Shown piece by piece: positions 52,665 through 64,000 of a stretch of 64,000 nucleotides of DNA (position 1 is its first letter; each line of letters opens with the position of its first letter). Source of the DNA: Mobula hypostoma. Its lineage: Eukaryota. The position numbers were made by a program, and so were the translations under genes. Location of the stretch: NCBI RefSeq assembly GCF_963921235.1, contig NC_086100.1, forward strand, positions 200,324,001 through 200,388,000, read 5' to 3'. The notes under the pieces were generated by a model that saw nothing but the letters and a program-made list of their open reading frames with translations, made no database searches and had not been told where the DNA came from.

Positions 52665-53049
52665 CTGGAAAATGGAATTGATAGCTTTGTGGCAAAGTTT
52701 GCAGGTGATATGAAGATAGGTGGAGGGGTAGGTAGTACTAAGGAAGCAATGCGATTGCAGCAGGACTTAGACAAATTGAAAGGATGGGCAAAAAAAGTGG
52801 CAGGTGGAATACAGTGTTAGGAAATGTATGATAATGCATTTTGGTAAAAAGAACAATAGTGCAGACCATTATCTAAATGGGGAGAAGGTTCAAACATCAG
52901 GGGTGCAGAGGGACTTGGGAGTCCTCGTGCAAGACTCCCAGAAGGTTAATTTACAGGTTGAGTCTGTGGTAAAGAAGGCAAATGCAATGTTGGCATTTAT
53001 TTCAAGGGGAATAAAATGCAAAATCTAGGAGATAATGCTGAGCCTTTAT

Positions 53050-56000
53050 AACCATATAACAATTACAGCGTGGAAACAGACCATCTCGGCCCTTCTAGTC
53101 TGTGCTGAATGCTTACTCTCACCTAGTACCACCAATCTGCACTCAGTCCATAACCCTTCATTCCTTTCCTGTCCATATAGCTGTCCAATTTTACTGTAAA
53201 TGACAATATCGAGCCTGCCTCAACCACTTCTGAAAGCTCGTTCCACACAGCTACCACTCTCTGAGTAAAGAAGTTCCCCTCATGTTATCCCTAAACTTTT
53301 GCCCACTGACTCTCAACTCATGTCCTCTTGTTTGAATCTCCCCCACTCTCAATGAAAGAAGCCTATCCACGTCAACTCTATCTGTCCCCCTCATAATTTT
53401 AAATACCTCTATCAAGTCCCCCCTCAACCTTCTATGCTCCAAAGAATAAAGACCCAACTTATTCAACCTTTCTCTGTAACTTAGGTGCTGAAACACAGGT
53501 AACATTCTCGTAAATCTTCTCTGTACTCTCTCTATTTTGTTGACATCTTTCCTATAATTTGGTGATCAGAACTGTACACAATATTCCAAATTTGGCCTTA
53601 CCAATGCCTTGTACACTTTTAACATTACATCACAACTCATATACTCAATGCTCTGATTTATAAGGGCTAGCATACCAAAAGCTTTCATCACCACCCTATC
53701 CACATGATATTCCACCTTTAGGGAACTATGCACCATTATTCCTAGATCCCTCTGTTCTGCTGCATTCTTCAATGCCCCACCATTTACCATGTATGTCCTA
53801 TTTTGATTAGTCCTACCAAAATGTAGCACTTCACACTTATCAGCATTAAACTCCATCTGCCATCTTTCAGCCCACTCTTCTAACTGGCCTAAATCTCTCT
53901 GCAAGCTTTGAAAACCTACTTCATTATCCACAACACCACCTATCTTAGTATCATTTGCATACTTACTAATCCAATTTACCATCCTATCATCCAGATCATT
54001 AATGTATATGACAAACAACATTGGACCCAGTACAGATCCCTGAGGCACACCACTAGTCACCGGCCTCCAACCTGACAAACAGTTATCCTCCACTACTCTC
54101 TGGTGTCTCCCATCCAGCCACTGTTGAATCCATTTTACTACTTCAATATTAATACCTAATGACTTAACTTCCTAACTAATCTTCCATGTGGAACCTTGTC
54201 AAATGCCTCACTGAAGTCCATATAGGCAACATCCACCGCTTTACCCTCGTCAACTTTCCTAGTAACCTCTTCAAAAAATCCAATAAGATTTGTCAAACAT
54301 AACCTTCCATGCACAAATCCATGTTGACTGTTCTTAATCAGACCCTGGCTATCCAGATAATTATATATACCATCTCTAAGAATACTTTCTATTAATTTAC
54401 CCACACTGACGTCAAACTTACAGGCCAATAATTTCTAGGTTTACTCTTAGAACCCTTTTTAAACAATGGAAGAACATGAGCAATACGCCAATCCTCCAGC
54501 ACCATCCCCGTTTCTAATGACATTTGAAATATTTCTGTCAGAGCCCCTGCTATTTCTACACTAACTTCCCTCAAGGTCCTAGGGAATATCCTGTCAGGAC
54601 CTGGAGACTTATCCACTTTTATATTCCTTAAAAGTGCCAATACTTCCTCTTCTTTAATCATCATAGTTTCCATAACTTCCCTACCTGTTTCCCTTACCTT
54701 ACACAATTCAATATCCTTCTCCTTAGTGAATACCGAAGAAAAGAAATAGTTCAAAATCTCCCCCATCTCTTTTGATTCCACATATAGCTGTCCACTCTGA
54801 CTCTCTAAGGGACCAATTTTATCCCTCACTATCCTTTTGCTATTAATATAACTGTAGAAACCCTTCGGAATTATTTTCACCTTACTTGCCAAAGCAACCT
54901 CACATCTTCTTTTAGCTTTTCTAATTTCTTTCTTAAGATTCCTTTAACATTCTTTATATTCCTCGAGCACCTTATTTACTCCATGCTGCCTATATTTATT
55001 GTAGATATCTCTCTTTTTCCAAACTAAGTTTCCAATATCCCTTGAAAACCGTGGCTCTCTCAAATTTTTAACCTTTCCTTTCAAACTAACAGGAACATAG
55101 AGATTCTGTACCCTCAAAATTTCACCTTTAAATGACCTCCATTTCTCTATTACATCCTTCCCATAAAACAATTTGTCCCAATCCACTTGTTCTAAATCCT
55201 TTTGCATCTCCTCAAAGGTAGACTTTCTCCAATCAAAAATCTCAACCCTGGGTCCAGACCTATCCTTCTCCATAATTATATTGAAACTAATAGCATTGTG
55301 ATCACTGGACCCGAAGTGCTCCCCAACACAAACCTCCGTCAACTGACCTATCTCATTCCCTAACAGGAGATCCAACACTGCCCCTTCTCTAGTTGGTACC
55401 TCTATGTATTGCTGCAAAAAACTATCCTACACACATTTTACAAACTCCAAACCATCCAGCCCTTTTACAGTATGGACTTCCCAGTCTATGTGTGGAAAAT
55501 TAAAATCTCCTACAATTAAAACCTTGTGCTTACTACAAATATCTGCTATCTCCTTACAAATTTGCCCCTCAAATTCTCTCTCCCCATTAGGTGGCTATAA
55601 TACAGCCCTATAAGTGTTACTACACCTTCCCCATTCCTCAATTCCACCCAAATAGCCTCCCTGGATGAGCCCTCTAATCCATCCTGCCAGAGCACCGCTG
55701 TAATATTTTCTCTGACAAGCAATGCAACACCTCCCCCTTTCGTCCCTCTGATTCTATCACACCTGAAGCAACGAAATCCAGGAATATTTAGTTGCCAATC
55801 ACACCCCTCCTGCAACCATGTTTCACTAATAGCTACAACATCATACTTCCAGGTATCAATCCATGCTCTAAGCTCATCCACCTTTCTTACAATGCTCCTA
55901 GCATTAAAATCAATGAATTTAAGAAATTTTCCACCTCTTACTCTCTGTTTATCACTGACGGTGCAAACAATTTTACTATCTCCTTTTTCTTCCTTCTCCC

Positions 56001-57060
56001 CTACATCTGTTCCTACACTCTGGTTCCCCTCCCCCCTTCTATCTCGTTTAAATCCGCTGGAGCCTCTCTAGCAAACCTACCTGCAAGAATATTTGTCCCC
56101 TGCAGTTCAGATGTAAACCGTCCTGCCGGAACAGGTCCCACTTTCCCTGGAAAACTGCCCAATTATCAATAAATCTGAAGCCCTCCCTCCTGCACCATGT
56201 CTGCAGCCACGTGTTGATCTGCACTGTCTTACTATTTCTAAACCCGCCTGCACGTGGCACTGGTAGCAATCCTGAGATTGCTATCCTGGAGGTCCTGTAC
56301 TTTAACTTGGCGTCTGACTTCCTGAACTCACCTTTCAGGACCTCCTCGCTCTTCCTACCCATGTCATTGGTCCCTATAGGGACCACTACATCTGGCTGCT
56401 CACCTTCCCTCTTGAGAATACTGAGAACTCGATCCAAGATATCATGAACCTTGGCACCAGGGAGGCAACAGACCACCGGGAATCTTGATCTCTTCCACAG
56501 AACCTCTTATCTGTCCACCTATCGAATCCCCTATCACTACTGCTCTCCTCTTTTCCCTCCTTCCCTTCTGAGCTGAGGGTCCCGTCTCAGTGCCAGAGAC
56601 ACAACCACTGCAACTTGTCCCTGTAGGTCGTCCCCACCAACAGTATCCAAAACGATATACTTATTGTTGATGGGAATGGCCACAGGGGTGCTCTGCTCTT
56701 TCTGTCTGTTCTCCTTCCCTCTCCTGACAGTCACCCAGCTACCTGCCTCCTGACCTTTAGGAGTGACTGTCCCCCTGAAACTCCTGTCTATTTCTGCCTT
56801 TGCCTCATGAATGATCAGAAGTTCATCCAGCTCCAGTTCCATAACTCGGTTTGTCAGGAGCTGCAGCTGGATGCACCTTTTACAGGTGTAGTCACCAGGG
56901 ACGATTGTGTGTCCCCGACTTCCCACATCCTGCAAACGGAGCACTCGACTGCCCTAACTGCTGCCTCCATTACCTACTCTTAAGGTAATTAAATTAATTA
57001 AAGGTACTTACCCGGCCTTACCCTCACACTGGGAGCAAGCTCGTCCTCAGCCTCTCGAGC
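53050..57060 (-). mobile_element. Near full-length, decayed CR1 (ORF1 esterase, endonuclease, RT, 3' end)
   Basis: Ordered remnants: DYTCKRC (56537-56944), PGAKVHD..GTND..DGLHLN (56048-56476), YDVVAISETW (55546-55881), SDHN, KSPGPD, GVPQGSVLGP, RPNLEYC. Confidence 0.92.
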
Positions 57061-57208
57061 CAAAGCCTTCCTACTCTATCTCCCACTACTACGTCACCCG
57101 TAAAACCATCACCCGCTCTGTTAATCTACTCACTTTTTAACTCTCCCGCTGCCTCACAAGACAAGAGTCAGGCTGCACTTATTATTGCAACATATCCCAG
57201 AAAGGATG

Positions 57209-57785
57209 TGTAACACTCACTTCGCCTAGCGGCTTAAAATAGGGGGTGATATCCCCCTGCCCGGCAAAACTTAAGAAATCTCGTTTGGGTGGATGCTGCG
57301 TGATGTGTCCCCTATTACAAATCAGTACCCCGGAATAACAAATAGTACACAATAAGCGATTAAACAATGAAGCTTTATAACTCTTACTTTGACTGTATGG
57401 TTAGTAGAGAAACAGGGCGCCAATCTTATTAAACAGTCTGTGCACACAAAGTTGGAGCTCACGCAGTTCAGCAGTTCTTCTTCCACCATCGATCTCCGAG
57501 CGTCACCGACCTTCGGACCCCTGCTCCCAGTCCACCCCATCTGGCGGTCCACCAAATTTCTCCATTCGCGTCTTCTCTCTTAATCTCTCTTTCTCTCCTT
57601 CTGGCAAAAAACCCACAAAGACAACTGCTTCCAGAATCACAAGACACAGCAACAATCTCTTATTGGCGAGCCACTAAGTCATAACCCAGACATTGCTGCT
57701 GCAGAGAAACCATTACCTTAACGGTGAAACATTACATAGAAGCCATTACATTAGCCTTAGCAGTGAAACCTTACAGTGTGTTACA
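57209..57785. mobile_element. Solo LTR, 577 bp
   Basis: Inverted termini tgtaacac...gtgttaca and a perfect 4-bp TSD gatg (57205-57208 and 57786-57789). It interrupts a + strand CR1 that continues to about 58300. Confidence 0.88.
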
Positions 57786-58639
57786 GATGTTTTTCATTGG
57801 AGAGAGTCCAGAAGACGTTCAGGAGGATGATTCCGAGAATGAAGAGGTAAACAGATGAGGGACATTTGGCAGTTTTGGGCCAAGAGTCACTGGAATTTAG
57901 AAGAATGCGGGGAGATCTCATTGAAGCCTACCGAATGTTGAAAGGACTAGATAGGTTGGATGTGGAGAGAGTGTTTCCTATGGTGGGGGTATCCAGAACT
58001 GGAGGGCACAGCCTCAAAACTGAGGGGCGACCCTTTATAACAGAGGTAAGGAGGAATTTTTTTAGCCAGAAAGGAGCAAATCTGTTGAATGCTGTGCCAT
58101 GGTCTGCAACGGGGGCCAAGTCCATGGATATCTTTAAGGTAGAAGTTGATAATTTCCTGGTTGGTCAGGGCATCAAAGGATATAGTGAGAAGGAAGGTGT
58201 ATGGAGTTCAGTGGGATCCGGGATCAGCCATGATGGAATGGCAGAGCAGACTCGATGGGCTGAATGGCCTAATTCTGCTCCTATGTTTTATGGTCTTAAG
58301 TGGTGCACACAAGCTCAATTTCAGCATTTAATAGAAGTTTGGACATGTACCTGGATGGTAGGGGTATAGAGGGCTATGGTCCAGGTGCAGGTCACTGGAA
58401 ATAGGCCGTTTGAATCATTTGACACAGACTAGATGGGCCTGTGCCTTTCTCTGTGTGTCTTTTTTTCCTGTGACTTTATGCCCAATGTCTTTGGTCCTAG
58501 ACTTATTTCTTGGCATAATTTACATATTACTATTTAACTATTTATGGTTTTATTACTTTTAAGTTATTTATGGTGCAACTGTAACGAAAACCATTTTCCC
58601 CCGGGATCAATAAAGTATGACTATGACTATGACTATGAC

Positions 58640-59312
58640 TAAATAAAATCAGGTAACCAGCCAGTACAAGCAATGTCCAGCAGGACAAAAATGCAATTCA
58701 GATGCATGACGGCCATAAAACCAGTATTAAAGTAGCAATATAACAAATTTATGGACGATGCTTGATCGATTGGTTCAGAGCAATTATAGCTCTGGGGAAA
58801 AAGCTATTTTTCAGTCTGGAAGTGCAGGCATAGAAAATCTTATAACGTCTGCCAGATGGAAGAAGTTCAAACAGATGATTGCATGGGTGTGTATTGTCCT
58901 TACAGATGCTTGTAGCTTTCCGTAGGCAGTGAGAGCTGTCGGTCTCCTCCAGGGCTGGGAGCTGTGTCCCGATGATCTTCTGTGCGCTAGAGACGACCCG
59001 CTGAAGTGCTTTCCTGTCAGCGGATGTACAACTGAGATACCACACAGAGATGCAGTATGTTAAGCTGCTCTCTATAGTGCAACGGTAAAAAGTCACCGGC
59101 ATCTGTTCAGGCAGACCAGATTTCTTCAGCGTCCTGAGGAAAAACAAGCGTTGCTGTGCTTTCTTAACTATTGTTGTGGTGTTAGTGGACCATGTAAGGT
59201 CTTCTGAGATATGTATTCCCAGAAACCTGAAACTGGACACTCTGTCCACTATGTCTCCATTAATGTGGACTGGAGCGTACTCGTCATCCCGTGACTTTCC
59301 AAAATTGATGGA
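58640..59312 (-). mobile_element. Rex1/Babar-type LINE 3' fragment
   Basis: ORF 58749-59249: FRFLGIHISEDLTW..KKAQQRLFFLR..FYRCTIES..LLPSGRRY..RLKNSFFPRAI. Confidence 0.88.
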
Positions 59313-62300
59313 CTTGATGCATATGGGACCAGTTTCAATTGAAGTGTGAGAAATTACTTAAAGAGAAAAGTAAACGAGAGGAAGCAGCTGTACTGGTGAA
59401 GGATGAAGTGGAAGGATTAAGGAAACAGTGCAGTGATTTAAAGATGGCTATGAATGTGATTCAGAAATCAGCACAGGAAAAGATGAGTAACACAGGAGAT
59501 CATGCAAAGTGTTTAAAGCACATTCAAAAGCTGCAGGACCAACTTGTGGCACAGCGAGGTATAATATGTGCTTTTGGATCAGAAGAAGGGGGGAAGGTGA
59601 ATATGGAGACATTGATTGGCATGACTTAGCAGATGAAGCTACTAGATACGGTTATGATAATTATGAAGCACCATTTCCCAAGGAACTTCCACCGACACCC
59701 TACCAACGACACTGGTGCTGCCGTCTGCACGATTGGCACCCCTAGTTACTATCAGAGAGCCGGGGAGCCAGGGGAGAAAATAAAAATCAGAATGTAACTC
59801 ACACCACACCGTTCGGGGTACAGCACCTTAGAGGTATTGCTAAAGATATCGGGACATGTGTGCTCGGAGACGATCCTCGAGAGCTTTCCCAAGCAACTAG
59901 TCATCAGAGAATAATATGTGGCCCAGACGACTCTGAGGAAAGGAAATTGATTACAATGTGTTTACACCCAAATATACACCCAGCTTTGCCAGATATACAA
60001 TGACATGGTGGGGGAACGAGTGAGGAACTGAAAAACGCAGTAATGACTGTTATGGGAGTTAACAGAGGGAACTGGGTAGACGCGTTAGGCAAATGTTACC
60101 AGAGGAGAGGTGAACATCCCACTGCACTTGCATCCCGTTTATGGACTGTGTTCCAAGGGGTTTATGGGACAGCATTAGAGTGGGACCTTTTAGGACCAGA
60201 GGCATCAAATAGACGATTGAGAACACTGGTCGCCCCCTGTACCGATGAATCTAAAAAGGCATGGAAATATTTGATCCTCCTGAGCCCACACAGACTGAGG
60301 CATGGGTACTGAGGAAAATGTGTAGAGCGTGGGAAAAGGAGACGCAAAGATCATCTAAACTCTCTAATGGGAAGGTGATGCCTGGTAAAAGTCAGGCACC
60401 TGCCTGGAGAAATGAGGGTAGGGGACGCACCCTGAGGGTCTCCCTGCCATACCATCAAGGGGCAAGGAAGGGCAGAGGAAACGGAACAGGGCCAGGAACA
60501 GGGAGAACTGAAGATGGAGTAATCAAATGTTATAACTGTGGTCAAGAGGGGCACATTAAGAGAGAATGTCCAAACCTGAGACGAGTAAGAACAGAGCAAA
60601 ATAGTTTGCCCTTGCAGGGGCCAGAACGATGGAGCCCACAAATAACGTGGTGAAGACACCACCATCCAGGGAATTGAACCTGAGCTTCAGTGATGGTGTC
60701 AGGCCTCACCAACATGGCTGTGTGACACAAGGTGGGATGAAGCCGGGAGACCTCCAGTGAGTGGTAGGGTCAGAGGCTGCCCTGTTACCTTCTTATGGGA
60801 CACTGGAGGATCAAGAACCACCATCAACACCACTAATATAAATAAGGTAAATTGGGAGACACAAGGTAAAATGATCCCTAGTGGATTCACAGGATATTCG
60901 CAAGTGGGACATGTGAGTGTACCATTGGAAGTAAGGATAGGACACGTAGCACTGGAACATTCAGTAGTGTTGGTGGACTTACCCAGGGAGCAGGAACACA
61001 TACTGGGGAGTGACTATATGGCCAAACCGGGGCTTTGTTTAGACCAGTTAATTGTATGAATTAGGGATGCCAACTGGCATGAGTAACATCCACCAGCTGC
61101 AGATCCCAGCGGGAGAATATCAGGATAGAATCTGCACAATGGGTGAGATGTGGATCAAACCGGAGATGAGCAATGATCAGATGCTGCAGCAAATGATCGC
61201 ACAGAACTCAGGGGCATTTGCACGGTACATGCATGACTGCAGAAAGATGGCTGGCAGTGTGTGCATACAAGGTCCAGACCCCAAACCACAGAAGCAATAT
61301 GGGTTTCCCAAAAAAGTGAGGAAGGTGTTGGTAAGGTAATACAGAGTTTGGGACAACAAGGGGTACTGAGGCCAGTAGCCTCCACTGACAACTCACCCAA
61401 ATGGCCAGTGAGGAAACCAGATGGTAGTTGGAGGTTGACAATAGACTATTGTGAGCTGAATAAAGTAACTCCATTAACACCCCCAACTGTAGCAACTAAC
61501 CCGGAGACAGTGGTCAAACAGAATGAAAGAGCAGACTGGTTCACAGTTTTAGACATAAATAATGGATTTTGGTCTATCCCACCAGAAAGAGAGTGTCAAT
61601 ACAAGTTGACAGTTTCAGGGACAGCAGTATACATGGACTGCCCTACCACAGAATTCCCCATCTATATTTCACCAGCATTTAGCAGAAGGGTTACAATGGT
61701 TCTCAAAACCCGAGTGCTTGGTACAATATGTAGATGATCTACTCCTGCAGACCGAAAACAAGCAGGAACATTATCAGCTATTGACAGAGCTGCTGTAATT
61801 ATTACTTGCATTGGGACTAAAGGTAAACCATAAAAAAACACAGGTGATGAAACAAGAAGTTAGTTATTTGGGAATGATCTTGACACTGGGGAAAAGAGAA
61901 ATTGATAAGCGAAGAGTAGAATTGGTTATGAAACTGCCTATTCCCCGAGACCTGAAAGTGCTGTGGTCCTTTCTGGGGCTGGTAGGATACTGTAGATATC
62001 ACATTGATGGATTTTTCACTAAGGCACCTCCTTTAATAGTGTTACTGAAAAAGAATGTAGTGTGGGGATGGAAATCAGAGCACACCCAGGCCATCACAGC
62101 TCTGAATCAAGCATTGGCCACTGCGCCTGCTTTAAAAACTCCAAATCCGAATGAGCAATTCTCATTGGAGGTGGTCACAACTGAAACCACTCTCTCAGCA
62201 GTCCTGTCACAGGAGACGCATGGGAAGTTAAGACCAGTAGCGTATGCATCACGCATGGTCTCACCAGTAGAATGGGTAAAACTCTTCTTAGTGTTTTTCT

Positions 62301-63367
62301 GGGCGGCATGACATTTCGCCTACATAGTGGAACTTAATCCATTTACAATACTGACAGAACACACTTGATAGCAAATGATCCCAAGGGCCCAATTGTACTG
62401 AAACAAAAAGGAGGGCGTGGAAGCAGATCAGATAAGGTAATGACTGAGAACAAAGACACAAAGAAAAAAGAAAAAGCCTACTTTAAAATTTTTGTAGATG
62501 GGTCTTCATCAGTACAGGAGGGTGAGAGGAGAGCTGGGTGTGGCATGTATGTCGAGGATGGACATGGCCAGGAAAGGCATAGTGTAGCTTTAAAGTTACC
62601 ATCAGTGCACAGGCAGCAGAATTGGCAGCTGTGGTATTTGTGGTCAGCCACACAGAACGTTTTCTGCCTGGGTCAGTCATACACTGATAGTATGTACGTT
62701 TGTAACAGCCTTACTGAACATTTCCCTCTGTGGGAAGCCGGGGGGTTTGTTTCAGCTGACGGAAAGCCCCTCCCATCTGCTGCTTTATTGCAATATATAT
62801 TTGAAGAGGCAAAAGGAAAAGAATATGGAGTCGTAAATGTGAAAGTCCACTCTAAATTATCTCCTGAGGGAAATAGAAAGGCCGGCGAATTGGCAAAGCG
62901 AGGTGCTTTATCCGGGCAGGAATGGCAGCCACAGATTGGGGAGATTGGGAGGCAGAAAGAACAAGAGATTAAGGTTATGGATTTAACAGAGGAGCAGAAG
63001 AAAGATAAAGAATTTTAAAAATTGATAGAAGGCGCAGGGTCTGAAATATACAAAGAGCACGAGGGAGTGTTTGTCAAAGTTGGAGTTGTCCTTCATGAAG
63101 AAAAGTTTGTGATTCCAAAGGGAGGAAGAAAGCAGATGATCCATTGGTTCCATGATTTACGGGGACACCAGGGGTGTGGAAGCTCCCTGGAAAAGATCAA
63201 GGAAGTCGGCTGGTGGCCCAAGAGGAAGGATGATGTGGATCATTATGTCAAAAATTGCTTGATTCGTGCACAATATAATCCTGATAGAAATGTAAAGAAA
63301 GGAGCCCTTCGACACACCAGACCAATGGAAGAGCCTTGGTCTAATTTGCCGATAGATTATGTTGGTT
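59313..63367 (+). mobile_element. Decayed endogenous retrovirus-like element (gag-pro-pol internal region)
   Basis: CCHC knuckle CYNCGQEGHIKREC (60528-60569), protease LWDTGG, RT PVRKPDGSWRLTIDY/LDINNGFW/YVDD (61727-61738), tether RPVAYASR, RNase H FVDGSS..YTDSMY..H..GNRKA, integrase HDLRGH..C..PWSNLPIDYVG. Many frameshifts and stops. Confidence 0.88.
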
Positions 63368-63369
63368 TC

Positions 63370-64000
63370 GAGGTCGCTTCCGGGTCATCAAGGGAATGGC
63401 GGCGTAAGGAAAAGGTCTCTCGACAAAAAAGAAGTTAAACTGCCCCAAAATCGAATTTAGACAAATACTTAATATTTTATAACTATATTAATAAAAGGGG
63501 CAAGGATGATGTCTAAGAACAAGATTAAAAAGTCCGCTCAGAAGGCTGATAAACACAAAGAGATGCAGCAAGGCGACGGGCCTAGCTCCCACACAGCAAG
63601 CCAGGACGGAGATAATGAGGGGGAATCGGTGACTCTGTCTTTGATTCTCGGAGAGATTCGCGAGTTCCGACAAGATAACAGCAAACAGCTGGAAGATATT
63701 AAAGGAGAAATAGTAAAAACTAACTCGTGGATAGATGAAGCTGAAGCGAGGATTGTTGGAATTGAAGAGAAGCTACAAAACGCCGAGCAAGTGATAGCAG
63801 AAATGCTGAAGCTACAAGACCAGCTCCAGTGGAAACTAATAGATTAAGAAGGCCGCTCGAGAAGGGAAAATGTGAGGATCTACGGAGTTCCCGAAGGAAC
63901 CGAAGGTAAACCCGGATTGATGATTCCCTTCGTGGAGAAGCTGCCTAGAGAGAACCTTGATATACCGGCCGCAAAAGACCTACAGGTAGAAAGGGCTCAC
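63370..64000 (+). mobile_element. L1 5' end and ORF1 (one premature stop), continuing past the window
   Basis: 5' motif aatggcggcg. Coiled-coil ORF 63506-63847, then past the TAA it reads EGRSRRENVRIYGVPEG...VERAH. Confidence 0.9.

Overview
Repeat-dense vertebrate genomic DNA. The repeat families look elasmobranch, probably a ray; this is inferred from CR1/Penelope/Rex1 content, not from a search. One clear host gene is present: an intact, long-exon very large inducible GTPase (GVIN1/VLIG-URGCP family) at about 42.5-47.4 kb on the + strand. The first 33 codons of a second copy lie on the - strand and run off the left edge. The two copies sit head-to-head in a large inverted duplication (arms about 1-10.5 kb and 20.5-42.7 kb) that later gained different transposon insertions. 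Each arm keeps a candidate 81-nt upstream exon that could splice in frame into its GTPase exon. The rest is nested CR1 LINEs (one young, with an open RT frame), L1 and Rex1/Babar fragments, two solo LTRs, Penelope-derived repeats carrying minimal hammerhead ribozyme motifs, and a decayed gag-pro-pol retrovirus-like element with two RNase H regions. Most short ORFs in the track are transposon debris. All comparisons were made by eye, and TE boundaries are approximate unless a target-site duplication (TSD) is given.
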